From an uncultured delta proteobacterium (GTDB lineage Bacteria > Myxococcota_A > UBA9160 > UBA4427), in NCBI GenBank assembly GCA_963822965.1, contig CAWGJT010000010.1, positions 96,001-160,000 of the forward strand: a stretch of DNA of 64,000 bases, written 5' to 3'. Within the stretch, counting starts at the first letter, position 1, and every line of letters begins with the position of its first letter. The notes beneath the pieces were generated by a model. That model saw only the letters and a list, made by a program, of their open reading frames with translations. It made no database searches and was not told the origin of the DNA. The translations under genes and the position numbers were made by a program. Below are positions 35,347-46,275 of the stretch, one piece after another.

Positions 35347-35601
35347 GCTGGGCTCCTCGTCTCGTCTGGTGTCGGCCTCGGCCGGCGATTCGAGTCACAG
35401 GCTACGAGGACGGGACCCCGGCCTGCTTGAGCAGCGTGTGATGGTTTTCTGATGAGTGGGGCCCCGACGTCCGAGGTGGGCGAGAGGTGCGAGGGAGAGG
35501 CATGCGACGAGAGGAATACGAGGAGAGGCGCGGCTGTCCCGCGGGTGAAGGGAGGGCTACCCTGCCGGGGCGCCTTCGCTAGTCGAGCCTCCGAGCTCCA
35601 A

Positions 35602-35665
35602 ACAAGCCTTCGAGCAGACAAGCCTTCGAGCAGACAAGCCTTCGAGCAGACAAGCCTTCGAGAAG
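35602..35665. repeat. 16-bp tandem repeat (about 4x) just upstream of an SDR gene
   Basis: acaagccttcgagcag x3 plus one near-copy. Confidence 0.92.
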
Positions 35666-35683
35666 AGGAACGGGAGAGCCACC

Positions 35684-36460
35684 ATGGGTCAGCGCTTCGC
35701 GGGAAAGGTCGCCCTCGTCACGGGCGCGGCCGGGGGAATCGGTCGAGCCACGGTGGCGACGCTGGTGGAGGGTGGGGCGCGGGTCGTCGCGACCGACCTC
35801 AAGGACGCGCCGATCGAAGAGACGGCGGCCGTGGTGGAGAAGCTGGGCGGTGAGGTGCTGACCCTGGCCCACGACGTCACGTCCTGGGCCGACTGGCAGC
35901 GGGTGGTCGCCGAGGGCGAGCGGCGGTTCGGGGGCATCGACCTTCTCGTCAACAACGCGGGGATCGAAGGTCCCATCACGCCCCTCGACGAGGCGCCCGA
36001 GGCGGCCTTCGACCAGGTGATCGCCGTGAACGTGAAGGGCGTGTTCCTCGGCATGAAGGCGGTGATCCCGGCGCTGCGGAAGCGCGGTGGCGGCGCGATC
36101 GTGAATCTCGCGTCGGTGGCCGGGGTGATCGGCGACGCGGCCATCGGTCCCTACGTGGCGAGCAAGCACGCCGTGATCGGGCTGACGAAGTCCGGCGCGG
36201 TGGGCTACGGGCCCGAGAAGATCCGGGTCAACGCGGTGGGCCCCGCCCCCATCGAGACGCGCATGATGCGCGCGCTGGAGACCGGCCTGCAGCCGGGCGA
36301 AGAGGCCACGGTCAAGACGGCTCTCGAGGCGCGCATCCCCCTCGGACGCTACGGCACTCCCGAAGAGGTGGCCGCCGTGATCGCGTTCCTGTGCAGCGAC
36401 GACGCCCGCTACGTGACGGGCTCGCTCTACACGGTGGACGGCGGCATGACGAACTACTGA
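35684..36460 (+). CDS. Short-chain dehydrogenase/reductase
   Basis: TGAAGGIG, NNAGI, YVASK. Confidence 0.95.
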   Translation: MGQRFAGKVALVTGAAGGIGRATVATLVEGGARVVATDLKDAPIEETAAVVEKLGGEVLTLAHDVTSWADWQRVVAEGERRFGGIDLLVNNAGIEGPITPLDEAPEAAFDQVIAVNVKGVFLGMKAVIPALRKRGGGAIVNLASVAGVIGDAAIGPYVASKHAVIGLTKSGAVGYGPEKIRVNAVGPAPIETRMMRALETGLQPGEEATVKTALEARIPLGRYGTPEEVAAVIAFLCSDDARYVTGSLYTVDGGMTNY

Positions 36461-36559
36461 GCCGGGCGGTCCCGCGCGACGCCCAGCGGCCCGAGGGCCC
36501 ACAACCGGGTGTGCGGTCGGCAACGCCGGTCCGGCAGACCCCTCGAGGAGACGACAGCG

Positions 36560-37393
36560 ATGGCACGGTCGAAGAACGCGCGACTGGAAGGCAAGACCGC
36601 ACTCATCACGGGCGGCGGCGCCGGGCTCGGCGCGGCCATGGCGCGTCGCTTCTACGAGGAAGGCGCTCGCGTCGTCGTGAACGATCTCGATCCGGGCACC
36701 GCCAAGGTCGTCGCGGAGGAGGTCGGCGGCAGCTCCTACGCGGCCGACGTCTCGGATTCGGGCGCGGTGCGGGCGATGTTCGAGGAGGTGGCGCGCACGC
36801 TCGGGCGTCTCGACATCCTGGTGAACAACGCGGGCATCGGCTCCCAGGACGCCGAGTCGACGGCGCGCTTCAACGCCAAGTCCCTGGCCCAGGCGGCGGA
36901 GGTGGCGGCGGGCGGTCCCATCCAGACGCACCTGGATCGCACCGTCGAGCTCTCGGACGCCGAGTGGCACCGGATGATCGGCGTGCATCTCGACGGCACC
37001 TTCTTCTGCTGCCGGGAGGGGCTCAAGATCATGAGCCCGCAGATGTCGGGCTCGATCATCAACCTCGGGTCCATCATGGGCACGGCCGGGGGCGGTGGGC
37101 TTCCCGACTACTGCGCGGCCAAGGGCGGCATCCTGGCGCTGACGCGATCGCTGGCGCGCGAGGTGGCGAGCCGGGGCATCCGGGTCAACGCGATCGCGCC
37201 GGGCTGGATCGAGACGGCGATGACCGACCCCGTGGGCGACATCCGCCCCCTGCTGGAGGCGCAGACGCCCCTCGGTCGCTTCGGTGAGCCCGACGACATC
37301 GCGTGGGCGGCCGTGTACCTGGCGAGCGACGAGGCGAAGTTCGTGACGGGACAGGTGCTCTCGCCGAATGGCGGCTGGCACATGAGCCAGTAG
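36560..37393 (+). CDS. Short-chain dehydrogenase/reductase (FabG-like)
   Basis: GAGGAG RBS; TGGGAGLG, NNAGI, YCAAK. Confidence 0.95.
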   Translation: MARSKNARLEGKTALITGGGAGLGAAMARRFYEEGARVVVNDLDPGTAKVVAEEVGGSSYAADVSDSGAVRAMFEEVARTLGRLDILVNNAGIGSQDAESTARFNAKSLAQAAEVAAGGPIQTHLDRTVELSDAEWHRMIGVHLDGTFFCCREGLKIMSPQMSGSIINLGSIMGTAGGGGLPDYCAAKGGILALTRSLAREVASRGIRVNAIAPGWIETAMTDPVGDIRPLLEAQTPLGRFGEPDDIAWAAVYLASDEAKFVTGQVLSPNGGWHMSQ

Positions 37394-37499
37394 CCGGGGG
37401 GACGATCCCCGCCGAAGTCGGCCCCTCCTTGCGCCGGTTCGGCGACGCTTCTCAAGTGTCGTCCGGGTTGCGCCGATCGACCTGCGGAGGAGGGGACTC

Positions 37500-38114
37500 A
37501 TGCCCGCAGCCCGACGAGCGATTCCGCTGCTTCCGCAGGGCCAGGCGAAAAGCCAGGCGAAAGGCCAGGCGAAGGGCCGGGCACCGGCCGTCCTGCTGGC
37601 ACTTGCCACGATGCTGCTCGCCCAGCAGGCCGTCGCCGGCTCCCTGCGCTGCCAGGGCAAGCTGATCCAGGTGGGCGATCCCAAGGTGCGCATGGTCGAG
37701 GCCTGCGGCCAGCCGCTCTCGCGCGACGTGGTGGCCGTGGAGCGCGTGTACGAGGACGGCCAGCAGCTGCGGGTGAGCTACGTCGAGGAGTGGTCGTACA
37801 CGACCGCCGGCGTCGAGGGGTACCAGCTGCTGCGATTCGACGGCGGTCGGCTCGTGGGCGAGGGGATGCGCTGTGCGGGCGGTCTCGTGCGGCCCGGGGA
37901 CACGACGGTCACCGTCCTCCAGAAGTGCGGCGAGCCCGTCGAGCGGGACGCCACGGGGCTCGTGCAGGACCCGCCCGGTCCCGCCTCCCGGGCCGTGGTG
38001 AGCGACGCCCCCATCGAGCAATGGGTGTACTCGCAGGGCGAGGGCACCCTGCTCCAGATCGTCACCCTGCGCGGCGGTCGGATCGAGAGCATCGAGAACG
38101 GCCCGCGCCAATAG
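37500..38114 (+). CDS. Secreted tandem DUF2845-like protein
   Basis: Two copies of (L/M)RC.G.L...GD....V..CG.P...EEW.Y; 12-bp GQAK repeats in the N-terminus. Confidence 0.8.
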   Translation: MPAARRAIPLLPQGQAKSQAKGQAKGRAPAVLLALATMLLAQQAVAGSLRCQGKLIQVGDPKVRMVEACGQPLSRDVVAVERVYEDGQQLRVSYVEEWSYTTAGVEGYQLLRFDGGRLVGEGMRCAGGLVRPGDTTVTVLQKCGEPVERDATGLVQDPPGPASRAVVSDAPIEQWVYSQGEGTLLQIVTLRGGRIESIENGPRQ

Positions 38115-38179
38115 AGGGGCCGCATCAAAGGGGCCGCATCTCGAGATCCGATCCGCGTCCCCGAAGCCGTCGCCCGCGC

Positions 38180-39474
38180 TCAGGTCGTCTGGGCCTGCAC
38201 GCTCGGGGCCGGGCTCCAGCGCACGTTCAGGCGCCAGGCGAGGATCCAGTTGGCCGAGAGCCCGAGGGCGAGCACCACGCCGAGGGTGCCCGGCACGAGC
38301 GCGAGCGCCGCAGCCGGAGTCGCCAGCAGCCGCAGCCACTCCGCACGCCCGGCCCAGGAGGCGCCGTCGAAGAGCGCGCCCAGGCTCACCATGCCCCACG
38401 TGGCGCCCCCGGCCAGGATCGCCAGCTCGCTGGTGGGCCAAGTCGCGGAGAAGGCGATGAACGCGACGGCCAGGCCGAGGATCTGCACGAACTGCACGCT
38501 GGCGTAGATCGCCGTGGATCGCGCGACCCGTGGGTCGTACTTGCGCGCGTCTGCGCCCGCCGCGCCGTCCGGAATGGGCGGGGCCGGCTGGAAGCCGCCC
38601 AGGTCGTCGGGAAACCATCCGGGCGGCTTCAGGAACACCAACAGCTTGTCGCGCCAGCGCCGGGTGGCGCGCGCCGACTGCCACAGCTCGACCCAGTAGT
38701 GCAGGTTGGCCCAGATCGGGTTCCAGCTCGAGAGCGGCTTGGTGATGCCGTAGACCACCTCCTCGCCCTCGGGCTCGAAGGTTCCGAAGAGCTTGTCCCA
38801 GACGATGAAGGTGCCTCCGTGGTTGCGGTCGATGTAGCGGGGGTTGCGTCCGTGGTGGACGCGGTGGTGGGACGGGGTCATCAGGACGTGCTCGAGTGGC
38901 CCGAGTCGCCCGAGCACCCGCGTGTGGATCCAGAACTGGTAGAGCGTGTTGAACGAGGCGCACGCCAGGATAGACGACCGGCGGAACCCCGATCACGGCG
39001 AGCGGCCAGTAGAAGACCATGGAGAAGAAGGGCTGCAGGCTGCTCTGCCGGAGCGCCACCGTGAGGTTGTACTCCTCGCTCTGGTGATGGACCACGTGGG
39101 CGGCCCACAGGAAGTTGATCTCGTGGCTCAGCCGGTGGAACCAGTAGTAGAGGAGGTCGACGCCCACGAAGCACCCGATCCACACCGAGGGCGCTGTCCG
39201 TGGGCAGGTCGGCGATGCGGACGTGGTGGTAGAGGGCCAGGTAGCCCGCGACCAGCAGCCCGGCCCCGAGCAGCGAGGTGAGCTGCTGGAGCACGCCGGT
39301 GCTGAGGTCGCTCACCGAGTCGTTGAGCCGGTAGTAGCGGCGGCCCTGCCGGCGGGCGGCCCACAGCTCGAGCGCGATGAGCGCGAAGAAGGCGGGGATC
39401 GCCAGGGCGATGTAGTTCGTGCCCATCTCGGCGTCCATGCCCATCGCTGCGTCCATGCCCATCGCTGCGTCCAT
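38180..39474 (-). pseudogene. Sterol desaturase / alkylglycerol monooxygenase-like fatty acid hydroxylase with two +1 frameshifts (~39187, ~38969); probably intact in vivo
   Basis: [18 protein letters not shown] and HHRVHH His boxes are split over three frames, each rejoined by removing one base; start 39474 or 39426 (18-bp MDAAMG repeats). Confidence 0.85.
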
Positions 39475-39488
39475 GGAGGGAGCCGCGC

Positions 39489-40771
39489 CTACGCCGGCGC
39501 GCGGACGGGCCGGAAGCGTACGGGCACCCGTCCCGGCACGCGGAAGAGGGAGCGTCCCCAGGTCGTCTTCGGCTCCACGAGCTCGAGGTCGGTGAAGCGT
39601 GCCACGAGCCGACCGATGGCGATCTGCGACTCCAGCCGGGCGAGGTGCGCGCCCAGGCAGAGGTGGGCGCCGCCTCCGAAGGAGAGGTGCGCCGGCGGCC
39701 GGCGCCCGCGGCATAACGGCCGACGTCGAAGCGTTCGGGATCCTGGAAGTGCTCCGGGTCGCGGTTGGCGGCGGCCAGACCGATCGCCACCTCTTCGTCG
39801 GCGTCGATCGCGAAGCCGCCGAACTCCGCGGGCTCGTGCAGGATGCGCACGGTCCACGTGATGGGACCCGAGGTGCGCAGGCACTCCTCGACGGCGCTCT
39901 CGATGAGCTCGGGCTCGGCGCGCAGCCGCGCGAGCTCGCCCGGGTTGCGGATGAGGGTGGTGAGGCCGTTGCCGATCAGCCCGATGGTCGTCTCGAAGCC
40001 CGCGATCAGGAGCCCGATCGACTGGATCAGCAGCTCCTCGCTGCTCAGCCGGTCGCCTTCCTCCTCGGCCGCGATGAGCGCTCCCAGGAGATCGTCGCCG
40101 GGCTGACCGCGCCGTGCGGCGATCAGCTGGTTGAAGTAGCCGGCGAGCCCGTTCCGCGCCTTCTCCACCCGCGCGACGAGCTCGGGCGGCGCGTGGCCGC
40201 GGCGCAGGGCGAGGCCGTGGGTGGCGTCGGCGGTCCATTCCGTGAACGTGTCCCGATCCCCCACGGGCACCCCGAGCATCTCGCAGATGAGCGTGGCCGG
40301 AACGGGCAGGGCGAGGTCGGCGATCAGGTCCATCTCGCCGCTCTTCTCCACCCGGTCGAGCAGCTCGTCCGTCACCGCCTCGATGCGCGGGCGCCAGGCC
40401 GCGATGGCCCGGGGCGTGAAGGCCTTCGAGACGAGCTTGCGCAGGCGGGTGTGCTTGGGCGGATCCGTGAGCAGCATGAACTGGCCGCGCTCGAGGGCGG
40501 CCTCCTCCGGCTTCTGTCCGGGCAGGGTGCCGTCGGTCCGTCGCATGCCGGCGCCGGTCGAGCGGAGCATGCGCAGACAGTCGTCGTAGCGCGTGAGCCG
40601 CCACACGCCGTCGGGGGTCAGGCTGACGGGATGCTCTTCCCGAAGCTTCCGGTAGACGGGATAGGGGTCCTCGAGGTAGGCGGGGCTCGCCGGATCGGCG
40701 CCGTGCCAGCTCGGGACGGGCCGCGATTTCGGGGGACGGGATCGAGTCGGATTCTGGGCTGCCACGGGCAC
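39489..40771 (-). pseudogene. Cytochrome P450 with one frameshift (~39706); probably intact in vivo
   Basis: DPPKHTRLR, AGFETT, EECLR, AANRDP in one frame; FGGGAHLCLG heme motif in another. Confidence 0.9.
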
Positions 40772-40852
40772 ATGATCGCGCGCATGCTGGTGGAAGTCGA
40801 CAGGCGCCGCGGTGCGCGACGGCCTGCACGGGATCGGGCATCCTCTGGAGCG

Positions 40853-41705
40853 ATGGCGGCTCCGGCGATCGACTTCGAGGTGCAGCTCGGGCGGCACGGC
40901 ACGACGACGGTGCGGGACATTCCCGGGCCGCCGGGCGCCGCGACGGTGATGCTGCTGCACGGGCTGGGCGCTACGGGGCGCCTCAACTGGGGGCCGTGCT
41001 TCCGACCGCTGTCGCAGCACTTCCGGGTCCTCTGTCTCGATCACCGGGGGCACGGTCGCGGGCTTCGCACGCGTCGCTTCTCGCTCGAGCAGTGTGCCGA
41101 CGACGCCGCGGCCGTGGCGCGGGCGCGCGGCGTCTCGCGCTTCATCGCCGTCGGGCTACTCGATGGGCGGCCCCATCGCGTCGCTCACGTGGCGCCGCCA
41201 CCCGGACCAGGTGGCCGGGCTCGTGCTGTGTGCGACGGCGCGGCACTTCGTGCCCCGCAATCTCGCGCGCGCAGCGCGCTTCGCGCTGCCGCTGGCGGCT
41301 CGCGTCGCCCGGCTCGCGCCGTCGGCGGCCCACGACCGCATGCTGCAGCGGATGCTCGCGCGCATCGAGCACCCACAGCTCCGCGAGCGCATCCATCGCG
41401 AGTTCGAGGGACACGATCCCGCTTCGGTCATCCAGGCGAGCCACGCGCTCACGGGCTTCTCGTCCCACGACTGGATCGGCCGGCTCGACGTGCCGGCGGC
41501 GGTGGTCGTCACCACCCGGGACGAGCTGGTCCCGCCGGAACGCCAGCGCAAGCTCGCCGCCTCGATCCCGGGCGCCGAGGTATTCGAAGTGCCCGGCGAC
41601 CACGGTGCCTGCGTGGCCCGGGCCGACCTCTTCGTCCCCGCCCTCGTCGCCGCCTGCCGCAGCGTGGAGCGGCGGATGGCTCGCTCTCGCCAGAACGGCA
41701 GGTAG
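40853..41705 (+). pseudogene. Alpha/beta hydrolase with +1 frameshift in a G run (~41154); probably intact in vivo
   Basis: LLHGLG..DHRGHG..AVG then GYSMGG, D and H in the next frame. Confidence 0.85.
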
Positions 41706-41820
41706 GGCGGCCGGAGAGGAGGTAGGGCGGCCGGAGAGGAGGTAGGGCGGCCGGAGAGAGGAGCGTAGGGCGGCCGGAGCGGAGGTAGGCCGGTCGGAGA
41801 GGAGGAAGGGCGGCCGGAGG
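41701..41820. repeat. About 20-bp G-rich tandem repeat (about 6 units) between convergent genes
   Basis: ggtagggcggccggagagga x2 perfect, then degenerate copies. Confidence 0.9.
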
Positions 41821-41850
41821 CCGGGTAGAGCGCAGGAGAGGGTCAGCGCC

Positions 41851-42231
41851 TCACGCCGCCGCGAGCGGCCGTCGCGCGGCCAGCAGCAGGACGGCCACGA
41901 TCGCCAGCTCCACCACGAACGCCGTGACACTCTCGGGTGCGAAGCCGTCGACCGTCATGCCGACGACCCGCCCCGCCGCGACGCAGCCGATCACGACGGC
42001 CACGGTCTGCAGCCAGCGCCCGTCTCCGCGCACCAGCCCCAGCACGCAGAGGATCGCGCCGCCCAGGAACAGACCGCCGATGTCGCCCCGGGCGGTGTTC
42101 AGCGCCACCGGGCCCCCCAGCACCATCGCCTGCTCGGCCGCGATGGCCGCGGGTGCGAACATCCAGCGAACGGCCAGCATGGTGAACAGCGCGGCCACCA
42201 CGCCGACGAGAACCTTCAACACGATCGCCAT
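41851..42231 (-). CDS. Small 4-TM membrane protein (DUF4345-like)
   Basis: Four hydrophobic helices; NTARGDIGG and GR...DG motifs. Confidence 0.75.
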   Translation of the reverse strand: MAIVLKVLVGVVAALFTMLAVRWMFAPAAIAAEQAMVLGGPVALNTARGDIGGLFLGGAILCVLGLVRGDGRWLQTVAVVIGCVAAGRVVGMTVDGFAPESVTAFVVELAIVAVLLLAARRPLAAA

Positions 42232-42300
42232 TGCGTCTCCTCTGCTGTGGGTCGAAAGATCGCCGGAGTGGGTCTCTCGCAGGAGCGCCGCAGCCGATGA

Positions 42301-43326
42301 TCAGAACTGGAAGAGCGTGATGCCAGGCTCCGGCCCCGCGCCCTTGCGCTCGATGGGAACCCGGTAGGTCGACGGGATGTCGCTCCAGTGCGGATAGATC
42401 TTGCCGTCGACGACGTAGCCCGGGTCGTCGCCGGCTTCTGCCGACTCCGTTCGCGGGCCGAAGACGTCGTAGCTCTCGTTGGGAGCGGCGACCCCCGCCT
42501 GCTGGCCCCCCAAGACGAGCTCGCTCTTGCCGTCCCCGTCCACGTCGGCGCGAATCCAGGTCATGCCGAGGATCCGGTTGTAGGAGCCGTCGGCGATCAT
42601 TTCGCGAATCGCCTGGTCGAAGCGGGCGATGATGGCCGCGGCGCCCGGCAGGTCGCGGCGCACGGCGAAGTGCAGGGGGCGCTCGACGATGGGCGCCGAC
42701 CCCACGTCGAGCAGCACCCGGGCCCTCGTGCCGTAGCGTTCGAAGAGGGCGTGGATGAGCACCTCGTCCGCGACCAGGTAGTCCACGTCGCCGGCCAACA
42801 GGTGCTCGAGGTTCTCCTGGTCGCTGCGGCCTCGGACGAAGACGGGCCCCTTCGTCGTTTCGATCGCTTCGCCGTATGCATAGCCCTCCACCAGCGCGAC
42901 GCGTTTGCCCGCGAGCTGGGCGAGGCTCGTCGCGCTCGTGTCGCTGCCCTTCCGGGTGAGCAGCACCAGGCGGTTCTCGAGATAGGGGCTCGAGAAGAGC
43001 AGGAACTTCTCGCGCTCGGGGGTGCGCCACAGGGCCACACTGCCGTCGAGCTTTCCGGCACGAAGCTCGCCCAGCAGCCGATCGAAGTCGTCTTCGATGG
43101 CGGTCGACGCTTCGATGCCGGCGCGGGTGAGCGCCGTCTGCACCAGGTCGACGGCGACGCGGCGGCGTCCGGGAAGGTCCGTGAACGGCGGCCACACGTC
43201 CGAGCCCAGGCGCAGCGCGCGGCCGGGACCTTCGGGGTCGGGGGCCTCGCCCCCCTCGGCTGCGGTCCACGTCAGCAGCAGGACGCACAGGGAGAGGACG
43301 AAGGACCGATGGCGGGCTCGCTTCAC
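42301..43326 (-). CDS. Periplasmic substrate-binding protein (family 3) with C-terminal extension
   Basis: DVWPPF, W.TPERE..L.FS.PY, GYAYG, ADGSY..I; no ABC permease adjacent. Confidence 0.85.
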   Translation of the reverse strand: MKRARHRSFVLSLCVLLLTWTAAEGGEAPDPEGPGRALRLGSDVWPPFTDLPGRRRVAVDLVQTALTRAGIEASTAIEDDFDRLLGELRAGKLDGSVALWRTPEREKFLLFSSPYLENRLVLLTRKGSDTSATSLAQLAGKRVALVEGYAYGEAIETTKGPVFVRGRSDQENLEHLLAGDVDYLVADEVLIHALFERYGTRARVLLDVGSAPIVERPLHFAVRRDLPGAAAIIARFDQAIREMIADGSYNRILGMTWIRADVDGDGKSELVLGGQQAGVAAPNESYDVFGPRTESAEAGDDPGYVVDGKIYPHWSDIPSTYRVPIERKGAGPEPGITLFQF

Positions 43327-43702
43327 AGCGGGATCTCGTTCGTGACCGAGGGAATGGATCTGAAGACCTGGACCTGGCAGCCCGAGGAGACGCGTTCGGG
43401 AATCGGGCGCCAGGATCTCTTCCCGCTCAGGCTAGCGCGCGGCGTCCCGTGCCGGCGCGGCCGTGACCGGCCGTCAGGCCTCGGAGCAGGCCTCCTGCGT
43501 CCCCCTTGGGAAGCCCGCACCGATGCGGGCTTGCCTCAGGAGCGATGGTGCCTCCAATTGCGCATGCTCTCGCCCGAAGAAGAGGGGGAGAGTCGCCCGA
43601 AGCAACAGGGAGACTCGTCCGAAGAAGCCAAGAAGGGAAGAAGGAAGCGAGACCCGCGCGAAGCGAGCCCGGCGCGAGGCCGAAGCAACGGGGGGACGGG
43701 CC

Positions 43703-44593
43703 ATGCAGCTCCAGAAGATCACGATCCACGGGCACGAGGTGGCGTATCGCACCGCCGGCAGCGGGCCGGTCGTGCTGCTCATCCACGGCATGGCGGGCAG
43801 CGCCACCACCTGGAAGTACGTCATGCCGGCGCTCGCCCAGCGGTTCACGGTGGTGGCGCCCGACCTGCCCGGGCACGGAGAATCGGACAAGCTCGTGGGC
43901 GACTGCTCGCTCGGCGCCTTCGCGAGCACCCTGCGCGACCTGCTGGTGGCGCTCGGCCACGAGCGCGCCACGGTCGTCGGTCAGTCCCTCGGCGGCGGGA
44001 TCGCCATGCAGCTCGCGTATCAGTATCCCGAGCGCTGCGAGCGGCTGGTGCTGGTGGGCAGCGGCGGTCTGGGCAGCGAGGTGAACGCGCTCCTCAAGGC
44101 GCTGTCGATTCCGGGCAGCTCGATGGTCCTGCAGCTCGCCTGCGCGACGCCGATCCGCGGAACCATCGATGCCATTGCGCGAGCCGCGTCGGGGGTGGGC
44201 CTGCGTCCTGCGCCGGCCACCGCCGAGCTGTGGCGCAGCTACAGCTCGCTGGCCGACGACGAGACCCGCCGCGCCTTCCTGCGGACGCTGCGGAGCGTGA
44301 TCGACACCCGCGGCCAGGCGGTGAGCGCGGCGGACCGGCTGCACCTCGCCGCCGAGATGCCCACGCTCATCGTGTGGGGCGACGCCGATCCGATCATCCC
44401 CGTCGAGCACGCCTACGCGGCCCACGAGGCGATCCCCGGGAGCCGCCTGGAGATCTTCGAAGGGGTCGGCCACTTCCCCCACTGCGAGGAGCCCGCGCGC
44501 TTCGTGAGTGTCCTCGCCGACTTCGTCGAGAGCACGGTGCCGGCGCAGATCACGGTCTCGTCGCACCACGTCCTGGGGCAGCAGACCGCCTGA
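43703..44593 (+). CDS. Alpha/beta hydrolase
   Basis: LLIHGMAG, PDLPGHG, GQSLGG, WG..D.IIP, GHFPH. Confidence 0.92.
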   Translation: MQLQKITIHGHEVAYRTAGSGPVVLLIHGMAGSATTWKYVMPALAQRFTVVAPDLPGHGESDKLVGDCSLGAFASTLRDLLVALGHERATVVGQSLGGGIAMQLAYQYPERCERLVLVGSGGLGSEVNALLKALSIPGSSMVLQLACATPIRGTIDAIARAASGVGLRPAPATAELWRSYSSLADDETRRAFLRTLRSVIDTRGQAVSAADRLHLAAEMPTLIVWGDADPIIPVEHAYAAHEAIPGSRLEIFEGVGHFPHCEEPARFVSVLADFVESTVPAQITVSSHHVLGQQTA

Positions 44594-44649
44594 GGGGCGC
44601 GGGGGCGGGTACCCTGCGGGCTTCGATCGAGCCGCCCTGACGAGGCGCC

Positions 44650-45081
44650 ATGAGCAGCAAGCGTTCCCTCGCCGCCGCGTTCCTCGTGCTCGCCCAGTTG
44701 GCGTTCCGGCTGACCCCCTGTCCGGCGTCCCTCGTGACGACGGCGTCGTCGTTGCCAGAGGCCCTCGCCGCGGCCGTCGTCTCGGGTCACGCACACGAGC
44801 ACCCGCACCCGGGCGAGCACGTTCACCACGCGACGAGTCCGGAAGTCGTGCCGACCGCCGTCCACGAGACGCACGTCGACGCCGTGGTCGGCGCGCCCTG
44901 TCCGTGCGGGTGCGGCCAGCACTCCCGAGCGCCCCACATGCGGGCGTCGCCGAGCCCCTTCGTGCCGCCCTGCGCGGCGGGCCTGTTCGCGTTGCATGCG
45001 CGAGGGGTCGTGCCGGGCCTGGCCGCCGTGCTTCCCGAAGCACCATCGGTGCCGGTGTTCCACGTCCCCATCTCCGTCTGA
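44650..45081 (+). CDS. His/Cys-rich small protein (DUF2946-like leader)
   Basis: N-terminal hydrophobic segment, HAHEHPHPGEHVHH, CPCGC, Pro-rich end ..PVFHVPISV. Confidence 0.65.
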   Translation: MSSKRSLAAAFLVLAQLAFRLTPCPASLVTTASSLPEALAAAVVSGHAHEHPHPGEHVHHATSPEVVPTAVHETHVDAVVGAPCPCGCGQHSRAPHMRASPSPFVPPCAAGLFALHARGVVPGLAAVLPEAPSVPVFHVPISV

Positions 45082-45217
45082 TCCAGCTGCCGACCCAACC
45101 CGCCTGATCTCGAGCCGCTCGGGCGGCAATGGCTGCAACGGATGACGCATGGGCCGAGGTCGCGCGCGACGCGCGCGCCCGTCTACCCGTGCGCACCTTC
45201 ACGACGGAGGAGTCGTC

Positions 45218-46273
45218 TTGGACTCGCTGGATGGATCGCCCGTAGCCCGGGCGACTGATGGATCCTCACGTGCGCGTCGCAGGACACGGGGCGAAAGGTC
45301 CGTCCTCTCATCGCCTGGATCGATCCTGGCTTCGATGGGACTGTTGATCGTCCTCGCCGGGCTTGCCCGGCCCGGACAGGCCTGCTCGATCTGCCTCGCG
45401 GGCGACCCACAGTTCAGCAACCAGGGCACCAGCGCCCAGGAGAAGGGAAGCGTGAGCGTGGCCCTCGAATCGCGTGGGCTCACGAAGAAGAGCGGGCTGC
45501 TGCCCGGCGAGGACGACGGGGGTGACGGACGGGAGAAGAGCCAGACCGAGCGACTGGATCTCTACGTTTCCTGGACGCCGATCGATCGGCTGACCGTGAC
45601 GGTCGATCTTCCCTACTCGTTCAACGAGGTGACCGAGATCGACGAGGACGAGCGGGTACGCTCGACCCATGCCGGTGTGGGCGACCTGGCCTTCACGGCG
45701 AGTGTCGTGCTGTGGCGCAACCGTCCCGTCCTGCCGGACACCTGGGTGGAAGGCCGCGTCTTCCTCAAGACGCCGACGGGCGAGAGCACGAAACGGGTGA
45801 ACGGCGAGAAGGACCCGCACCTGCAGGTGGGTACGGGCTCGTGGGACGTGGGCCTGGGGCTGGCGGGTGTTCACCGCCTGGATTGGGGGGCTGTCTACGG
45901 GAGCCTCTTCTACCGCATGAACCAGAAGGGCTCGCTCCACTACCAGTACGGTGACGTCGCGCTCGCCAACCTGGGCAGCGAGCTGGCCCTGGGCCACGCG
46001 CTCGCGGTCCCGGCGTTGGAACGCTTCACGCTGGGCGGTGAGCTGAACTTCCGCTGGGCGGCCAAGGACCGCTCGGAGGGCGCGCGCTGGAACGACAGCG
46101 GTGGGCCGATCCTGTACGCGACGCCGTCGCTCCGGGTGCGGGTCCCGTGGTTCGAGACGGAGCGGGCGCCGGTTCTCCGGGGATCGGTGCAGCTGCCCCT
46201 CACCTCGAGCTGGCTGAATGGGCAGCAGACCGAAGGCGTGGTGTGGTCCGCCGGGCTGGCCTACTCGTTCTGA
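45218..46273 (+). CDS. Outer-membrane beta-barrel (MetA-pathway transporter-like) with N-terminal CxxC
   Basis: GGAGGAG + TTG; mature N-terminus CSIC; G.GD, KTPTG, LQVGTGSWD; ends GLAYSF. Confidence 0.82.
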   Translation: MDSLDGSPVARATDGSSRARRRTRGERSVLSSPGSILASMGLLIVLAGLARPGQACSICLAGDPQFSNQGTSAQEKGSVSVALESRGLTKKSGLLPGEDDGGDGREKSQTERLDLYVSWTPIDRLTVTVDLPYSFNEVTEIDEDERVRSTHAGVGDLAFTASVVLWRNRPVLPDTWVEGRVFLKTPTGESTKRVNGEKDPHLQVGTGSWDVGLGLAGVHRLDWGAVYGSLFYRMNQKGSLHYQYGDVALANLGSELALGHALAVPALERFTLGGELNFRWAAKDRSEGARWNDSGGPILYATPSLRVRVPWFETERAPVLRGSVQLPLTSSWLNGQQTEGVVWSAGLAYSF

Positions 46274-46275
46274 GC

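Noticed and set aside
38960..41160. Programmed ribosomal frameshifting
   Set aside because: No slippery heptamers, mixed indel directions and clustering favour sequencing error.
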